Source of the DNA: a candidate division FCPU426 bacterium
GTDB lineage: Bacteria; Oederibacteriota; Muellerivitia; Muellerivitales; Muellerivitaceae
Assembly: GCA_963847625.1 (NCBI GenBank)
Contig: CAWKAR010000030.1
Location: 1 to 45,261, forward strand
Reading direction: 5' to 3'
DNA: 45,261 bases
Part shown: positions 40,311 through 45,261 of the stretch, piece by piece
Layout of the letters: every line of letters starts with the position of its first letter
How positions within the stretch are numbered: position 1 is the stretch's first letter
The notes under the pieces: generated by a model
What the model saw: the letters and a program-made list of their open reading frames with translations, nothing else
The model's database searches: none
What the model was told of the DNA's origin: nothing
Position numbers and translations under genes: made by a program

Positions 40311-40780
40311 AAACCCCCTTCGAGATATAATTAGGCGTGAGAATGAATATGCCGAAAGTATCTAAGAAAAATATGCGGCTCTTGAACGCAGGTTTATTCA
40401 CCTGCGTCATCGCGGTATTTGGAATGGGTTTGGTATCCGCAACCCATAACAGTCCTTCCCCCAAAAAGCCCCAAACTTCCCCAAAAAGTGCCCAACCGAA
40501 TCAACTGACTCAACTTAAAATCAACCAAAATTATGGGCATATTCCCCTCTACTTCGAGCCCAACGAAGGTCAGTCAGACCCTCAAGTCAAATTCATTTCC
40601 CGTGGAAGCGGCTATTCCCTTTTCCTCACCCCCGCCGAAGCGGTGTTTGCTTTAAGAAGTGGATCGCCTAAAGACTTATCACCGAAAGCCGGGGTCCTTG
40701 GCTATAAATTCCGAATTCCTAATTCCAAATTCCTGCTATGAGGCCGTTCGTCAAGCCCCGTGATTTTATTGAATGGTCCA

Positions 40781-40924
40781 AAGTTTTCGTGAATTCATCC
40801 TGCTATTCGTGCTCAAGGCACATGATAAGATCCGATACGTAATAAAGGGAGCCACCACCTAATGGGCGTGTTCTAGACACCGGAATTAGCCGTGGTCATC
40901 CCCAAAAATCGAATCACGAAACTT
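40781..40924 (-). ncRNA. Predicted bridge/seek RNA of the IS110/IS1111-type element
   Basis: An outer stem (40781-40796 with 40911-40924) encloses two internal loops whose strands match the target (CTAATTCC, ATTAG) and the circle junction (ATCTTATC, ATAGCAG). Boundaries are approximate. Confidence 0.8.
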
Positions 40925-40945
40925 AAACCACTCCTTTTAACCTGC

Positions 40946-42013
40946 TTAAGCCAATGGCCGATAAGCCTCTTGCCGAACCAACATTGTCCACAGGTGAACC
41001 AATATCTTCCTAGCCATCGCCACGATGGCCTTATTGGGGCTTCCTGTGTTTCTCGCCAACCTTCCGTAAATCTTCGCCGCCTGCCGATCCACCCGAATCC
41101 AAGCCCAGGCGCTTTCCAACAAAGCCGATCTCAAATGATTTTTCCCTGCTTTTAGTAATGGCCCTTCCTTCCGGCTTTCCCCACTTTGCCTCACTCGGGG
41201 TGCCAATCCAACATATGCCACCACTTGTTTCGCGTTCTGGAATCTCTCCGGCTGATACACCTCGGCCAGCATCTGCGCCGCCGTCACTTCTCCGACCCCT
41301 GGATGACTCCTCAATATCCTGGTTTTTTTCTCATAGACCTTCGAGCTGTATTGCTCCTTGATTTGGTCTTTCACCTTTCCCAGTTGATCTTCCAGGTAAT
41401 AAAACTCCTCCAAAAACCTATCCAGCGTGAAACGCAGCGCCTTATTCAATTCGATCTTTCCAAGAGCCTTCACGGCTTTCCGTGACCAATGGCTCAGACC
41501 TTCCGGTTCCTCAAGGCCGTATTGCAAGAGAAAACCCTTAATTTGCTGTTTCACACGCCTTCTCTTCTCTACCAATGAACTCCTCAGCCTCAATACCTGG
41601 CGGTATGCTTCCTCTTCTACGGTCGGTATCACTACCGCCCGCAATAGCCCCTTCTCCGCGTATTCGGCAAGCATCCGGCAGTCCAGGCGGTCTGACTTGG
41701 CCCCTTCCACAACCGATCTGGGAATCTTTCCAGGGGCAACTACCTCTACCGGTATTCCAACATCTTTCAGCCGCCTCGCTAATCCATATCCCGTGGGGCC
41801 GGCTTCGTACACCACTTTCCGCAAACCTAGCTGGTACTTCTCCAAAAATCTTTTTACGACCTCACGATCAGCCGGCAGGGATTTTATCCCAGCCTCAACC
41901 CCATTCACTCTGACTGCCGCGTAAATACTGCGTTTGTGCACATCTAAACCAACGTAAACGCAGTCTTTCTTGGTGATACCAACCCTTCTTTCCACTGTGC
42001 TACTATTTCTCAT
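40946..42013 (-). CDS. IS110-family DEDD recombinase/transposase
   Basis: RuvC-like DEDD residues in 'VGLDVHK', 'YEAG' and 'KSDRLD'. Also 'PGVG', 'YVGLAP..RQSG' (catalytic Ser) and 'AIVAMARK'. Confidence 0.96.
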   Translation of the reverse strand: MRNSSTVERRVGITKKDCVYVGLDVHKRSIYAAVRVNGVEAGIKSLPADREVVKRFLEKYQLGLRKVVYEAGPTGYGLARRLKDVGIPVEVVAPGKIPRSVVEGAKSDRLDCRMLAEYAEKGLLRAVVIPTVEEEAYRQVLRLRSSLVEKRRRVKQQIKGFLLQYGLEEPEGLSHWSRKAVKALGKIELNKALRFTLDRFLEEFYYLEDQLGKVKDQIKEQYSSKVYEKKTRILRSHPGVGEVTAAQMLAEVYQPERFQNAKQVVAYVGLAPRVRQSGESRKEGPLLKAGKNHLRSALLESAWAWIRVDRQAAKIYGRLARNTGSPNKAIVAMARKILVHLWTMLVRQEAYRPLA

Positions 42014-42246
42014 GCCGTTCCTCCTTAAGAGCTAGACACTCCTGCCGGGATTCTATCCCGGCGGGAGGAACGGCCTGCATGTTATCTAATTCCAAAAACC
42101 TCACTCCCAACTCCCCCAGCCGTTCTGCGTCTGAGGCTCGAGGGAGGCAACCGAAAAGCCGAGTTCGAAGCCCTCGAAGAAGCTCCGGGAAAGAGTAATT
42201 ACTTCATCGGCTGTAGTGTTCACAAAATATCTTCCGGAATTTCCTG

Positions 42247-43257
42247 TTAAGCACGACAATTTTTTCCGCCCCTCAGAATGTTAATCAAGTGATTTTTCTC
42301 AAGTGTTTCGTAAATAGCTAACCGCTCCGCTTTTCGTTTTTCTCTGGGTGTTTCACCTCCTTGTACCGCTTTTTTAATATTCCTGCAAGCTTCCAGGTAG
42401 AAAGTCTCCCGATCAACCAGCGAAGGGCCTTTCACAAGGCTGTTTTCAAGCTGCTGGGCGCTCTGATAACCTTTGCTGGCCCTAGGTCGGCCATCTAGCA
42501 GGTGCCACGTTTTCGCTAAGCACGATACTGCTTCTTGCACAGCACGAAATCCAACCCCTTTTTCCAGGCTGGATTCCGCCTTTATTTCGCCGATTCCTCG
42601 CTCAGCGGCCCCATTGTCCTGCGGTGTTCGGGGTCGAGAAAGCAGATGAATCACTTTTTCGTGTCGTAGGTAGTCTGTTAATTTTTCGTTTTTGTAGGCC
42701 GAACCATTGTCGGTCGACCAAACCAAAGGCAGTCCTGTTTTCTTTTTTTGCAGCTCCAACATGGTCAATATATTTTCTGCTTTAGCAGCGGGTCCGACTG
42801 CCAGACCCTTAAAACCCAAAGTCGCTCGATCTTTGATTACTTCTGCCTGCAATGCTACTTTTCCAACACGCCCAATGTGCGCCGCGTCCTGCGCCCAGAT
42901 CACATCTTTTGCCAACACCTCTACGCTCACCCGGTTTTTCTCGGCCAACTCCCTCAACTTTTTCCTGTGTCTCGCCTTTATTTGGGACAGGCTTTCCTGC
43001 ACCAACCTCGTCGATACTTTGCCGCGAAGGATGGCCGCAATAGATCTCCATCCTGTAGTCCAACCAAAATCCCTCACTTGACGCCTTACTGCCAACTTAG
43101 CCCGATACCTTGCACTCGCGGAATACGCGGGGCGTCCCTGTTTTCTTTTTTGATTATGCGCCCCGCGAATCCAATTATTCAGCGTCCTCTCACTCACCTG
43201 AAGTTGGCTGGATAGAAGCTTCCGTTGGCCCCGGCAATTTTTCTTCCCCAACAACAT
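42247..43257 (-). CDS. DDE integrase-core (rve) transposase-like protein with an N-terminal HTH
   Basis: Motifs 'LQVSERTLNNW', 'IWAQD', 'STDNGSAY' and 'PRTPQDNGAAER'. Confidence 0.8.
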   Translation of the reverse strand: MLLGKKNCRGQRKLLSSQLQVSERTLNNWIRGAHNQKRKQGRPAYSASARYRAKLAVRRQVRDFGWTTGWRSIAAILRGKVSTRLVQESLSQIKARHRKKLRELAEKNRVSVEVLAKDVIWAQDAAHIGRVGKVALQAEVIKDRATLGFKGLAVGPAAKAENILTMLELQKKKTGLPLVWSTDNGSAYKNEKLTDYLRHEKVIHLLSRPRTPQDNGAAERGIGEIKAESSLEKGVGFRAVQEAVSCLAKTWHLLDGRPRASKGYQSAQQLENSLVKGPSLVDRETFYLEACRNIKKAVQGGETPREKRKAERLAIYETLEKNHLINILRGGKNCRA

Positions 43258-43762
43258 TCCCGCTTGCCGGGCGAACCACCTTGGGCTTCTTTTTTTTCCC
43301 TCCCAACTCCTCCGCTTTTTTTAACACTTCCCGATTACCCGGCAGCTCCCTCAATAGCTTCACCAGGTCTTTCATTAGATCAAGGTCCCGTTCTAGGTTC
43401 TGGATTTTTTTGTTCAGTTGCTTCGGGTCCTCCTCCGGTGGCAAGGCCTCCCTCATCTTTTTCTTGCCTGCCTTGGGTTGCTTCACCAACCCCGCCGCCA
43501 GGCCCGCCAACGCTTGTTGGGACAATTGCCACACTCGCAACGGTGGTATTTCCAGTTTCTGCGCCGCTTCCTCCTTCGTGACGCGACCCATCCAATATTC
43601 CAACATCACCGCCGCCGTTTGGTGCGCTTTCTCCTTCTCCTGCAGACTTGCCGTTTCCCACAAGGCCTTCATTGGCAATGCCACATTCATTTGAAACTTG
43701 AATTTTCTCTTCATGCGGCCCTTGGAAATCCGTTTCTTTTCGCCCTTCTCGGCCTCTTCCAT
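43190..43762 (-). CDS. Small HTH/coiled-coil accessory protein (OrfA-like)
   Basis: AGGAGG RBS, an HTH-like 'VTKEEAAQKLEIPPLRVWQL' and a coiled-coil 'LNKKIQNLERDLDLMKDLVKLL'. Confidence 0.65.
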   Translation of the reverse strand: MEEAEKGEKKRISKGRMKRKFKFQMNVALPMKALWETASLQEKEKAHQTAAVMLEYWMGRVTKEEAAQKLEIPPLRVWQLSQQALAGLAAGLVKQPKAGKKKMREALPPEEDPKQLNKKIQNLERDLDLMKDLVKLLRELPGNREVLKKAEELGGKKKKPKVVRPASGNVVGEEKLPGPTEASIQPTSGE

Positions 43763-45173
43763 TGGTATCCTCCTGGATTTTCACGCCCAAACCATTCAAC
43801 CCTAGTTCTTGTACACGTCCATCCGGCGTCTGGATAACTACTTTCCCTTTCTCCCCATGCATGGACACTTGTTGGTCCCCAATTTGACCCACCAAATATA
43901 CCGGCTTCCTTGGTTCTTCACCTACAGCCAAACGCAATTCGTTCTTTTGCATGGCCGCTTCCAGCGCTTTTCTGACCTCATTTTCCACCCCGAAAAACCG
44001 ATCCGCTGGCACCATTCCATCGATTCCCTGATGTGGCCGAAAATGATTGTAGTGGTTGATGAAATGCCCCAATCGTTCCTTTGCCTCGGCTAAATCCTGT
44101 GGCTGATATCGTCCCCAGAATTCTTCCATGACCGTTGCCCAGAAACGCTCAGTCTTTCCAACCGTCTGTGGATGATGAGTACGCGCAACCACGTGCTGGA
44201 TACCTTTTTTACGCAAGAGCCGTTGGAAATCGCCTTTCCCGCGCCAAGCGAAATACTGCCGCCCTTGGTCTGTGAGAACTTCCTTGGGTTGCCCAAACCG
44301 GTCTATTCCCGAAAGAAGAGCCTCAACCACGATTTCTTGTTTTTGTTGAAAGGCCAGTCTCCAAGAAACAATGTACCGACTGTAGTCATCCAGGAACACA
44401 GTCAAGTAAACCCGTTGCCCGTATCGAGGGAGGACGAAACTCGTGATGTCGCTTTGCCACAAGTCCCCCGCGCGAGACCGCTCAAAACGCCGAGGTAGTT
44501 GTGACTTTTCCCGTCTTCTCTTCATCCTCCCGCTTGGATATCCTTTGCCTTTGAGAGCGTTACGGACACTGCTGGTACTTACCCTGACGCCGGCGATTCG
44601 GCCTAGAAAATTTTTCACTTTCCTCAAACCAAAATCCGGATTTTCTTGTTTTACCTTCTCAATGAGTTCCCGCACTCCTTTTCGCCGGGGTCGGCCACCG
44701 GGTTTTCTGCCCTCAAGGGCTTTAGGCCCTCCAGTTCGGTACTTCTGAAGCCAACCTTCCAGTGTGTTTTCGCTTACGCCCCATACTCTTGCGAAATCAT
44801 GGACTGACGATCCAGATTTCATGAACATTTCCACAGCCTGTCGACGTTCTTCCGGCTTGAATGGCCCATCGTGGTGTCCTGATACGAGATATTGGTTGTG
44901 CCGCTTTCTCATCCACTCCTCGCCCTCAATCCGATACTTCTTTAGCCAGCAATTAAAGGTCGAACCATTTATTCCATGGGTGATGCAAAAGGATCGCTGG
45001 GAACCACCGATTTTCAGGTATTCCTTGACCAAAAACAGACGCTTTTCAAGGCTGTCCACAGGTTCTTCTCCCTGTGTTGGCATCAAAGGTGGGTTATGCG
45101 AATTGATTTGTATGGGTGTGCTAAGTGAAGGAACTGCTTCTGCTTGATCTGATTGCTGCTGCTTTTCGTCCAT
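43380..45173 (-). CDS. IS481-like DDE transposase with tandem HTH domains
   Basis: HTHs 'HGINGSTFNCWLKKY' and 'WGVSENTLEGWLQKY'. DDE motifs 'LWQSDIT', 'LTDQGRQ' and 'PQTVGKTER', plus 'YNHFRPHQGIDGMVPADRF'. Confidence 0.9.
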   Translation of the reverse strand: MDEKQQQSDQAEAVPSLSTPIQINSHNPPLMPTQGEEPVDSLEKRLFLVKEYLKIGGSQRSFCITHGINGSTFNCWLKKYRIEGEEWMRKRHNQYLVSGHHDGPFKPEERRQAVEMFMKSGSSVHDFARVWGVSENTLEGWLQKYRTGGPKALEGRKPGGRPRRKGVRELIEKVKQENPDFGLRKVKNFLGRIAGVRVSTSSVRNALKGKGYPSGRMKRRREKSQLPRRFERSRAGDLWQSDITSFVLPRYGQRVYLTVFLDDYSRYIVSWRLAFQQKQEIVVEALLSGIDRFGQPKEVLTDQGRQYFAWRGKGDFQRLLRKKGIQHVVARTHHPQTVGKTERFWATVMEEFWGRYQPQDLAEAKERLGHFINHYNHFRPHQGIDGMVPADRFFGVENEVRKALEAAMQKNELRLAVGEEPRKPVYLVGQIGDQQVSMHGEKGKVVIQTPDGRVQELGLNGLGVKIQEDTNGRGREGRKETDFQGPHEEKIQVSNECGIANEGLVGNGKSAGEGESAPNGGGDVGILDGSRHEGGSGAETGNTTVASVAIVPTSVGGPGGGVGEATQGRQEKDEGGLATGGGPEATEQKNPEPRTGP

Positions 45174-45261
45174 TTTACCCCTCCTGCCGGGGCTTATTTC
45201 CCGGCTTGAGAGGCGGAATTACCATCGCCGCTACACAAAAAATACGGAAAGACTTTTGTTA

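Larger units (their letters stand above)
40733..42087 (-). mobile_element. IS110-family element with IS1111-type organisation (CT core at both ends)
   Basis: CT lies at 40733-34 and 42086-87, and excision at CT restores the host frame. Sub-terminal IRs are ATG-AGGCCGTTC / GAACGGCCT-GCAT. The long non-coding end is downstream of the transposase. Confidence 0.9.
40337..42211 (+). pseudogene. Second SBBP-type surface protein gene, 5' part, disrupted by two insertion elements
   Basis: 'IPLYFEPNEGQSDPQVKFISRGSGYSLF' comes before the IS110. After it (42088-42211) the frame continues 'IPKTSLPTPPAVLRLRLEGGNRKAEFEALEEAPGKSNYFIG', then is cut at 42212. Confidence 0.9.
42212..45261 (-). mobile_element. 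IS481-like element with three ORFs and two DDE transposases; far end cut by the window edge
   Basis: It begins TGTAGTGTTCACAAAATATCTTCCG exactly where the host gene stops. A partial inverted copy (CGGAAAGACTTTTGTTA) lies at 45245-45261. Confidence 0.8.

Noticed and set aside
40719..42096. 11-bp direct repeat CTAATTCCAAA as the IS110 target duplication
   Set aside because: Excision through it leaves the host gene out of frame. It is a by-product of the heptamer array. The CT core restores the frame, matches the guides and creates the junction promoter.
42251..43249. Similar GKKNCR/GGKNCR sequences at both ends of the second transposase ORF as internal repeats
   Set aside because: The DNA match is short, gapped and driven by A/T runs, so it could be chance.

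Overview
This is a bacterial accessory region rich in cell-envelope genes. It opens with the right end of a small integrative element (replication-relaxation-like gene, excisionase-like HTH, tyrosine integrase) ending at a 3'-half tRNA-Leu(CAA) att copy, which is faced by a remnant of a second related integrase. The middle ~35 kb carries five GT-C-fold membrane glycosyltransferase genes (three ArnT/PMT-like, one TMTC-like, one DUF2723/TMEM260-like). These are mixed with Thr/Pro-rich lipoproteins, five NHL-repeat proteins, a Sel1-repeat protein, SGNH hydrolases, a thioredoxin lipoprotein, an FGE-family protein and SBBP-repeat surface proteins. The last 12 kb holds four insertion elements: IS3, IS30, an IS110/IS1111-type element, and a TGT-ended element encoding two DDE transposases. 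The best-supported highlight is the IS110/IS1111-type element. Its downstream non-coding end can be read directly as a bridge/seek RNA whose four guide segments match its own heptamer-repeat target and its circle junction. All family assignments come from motif recognition by eye; no searches were run.
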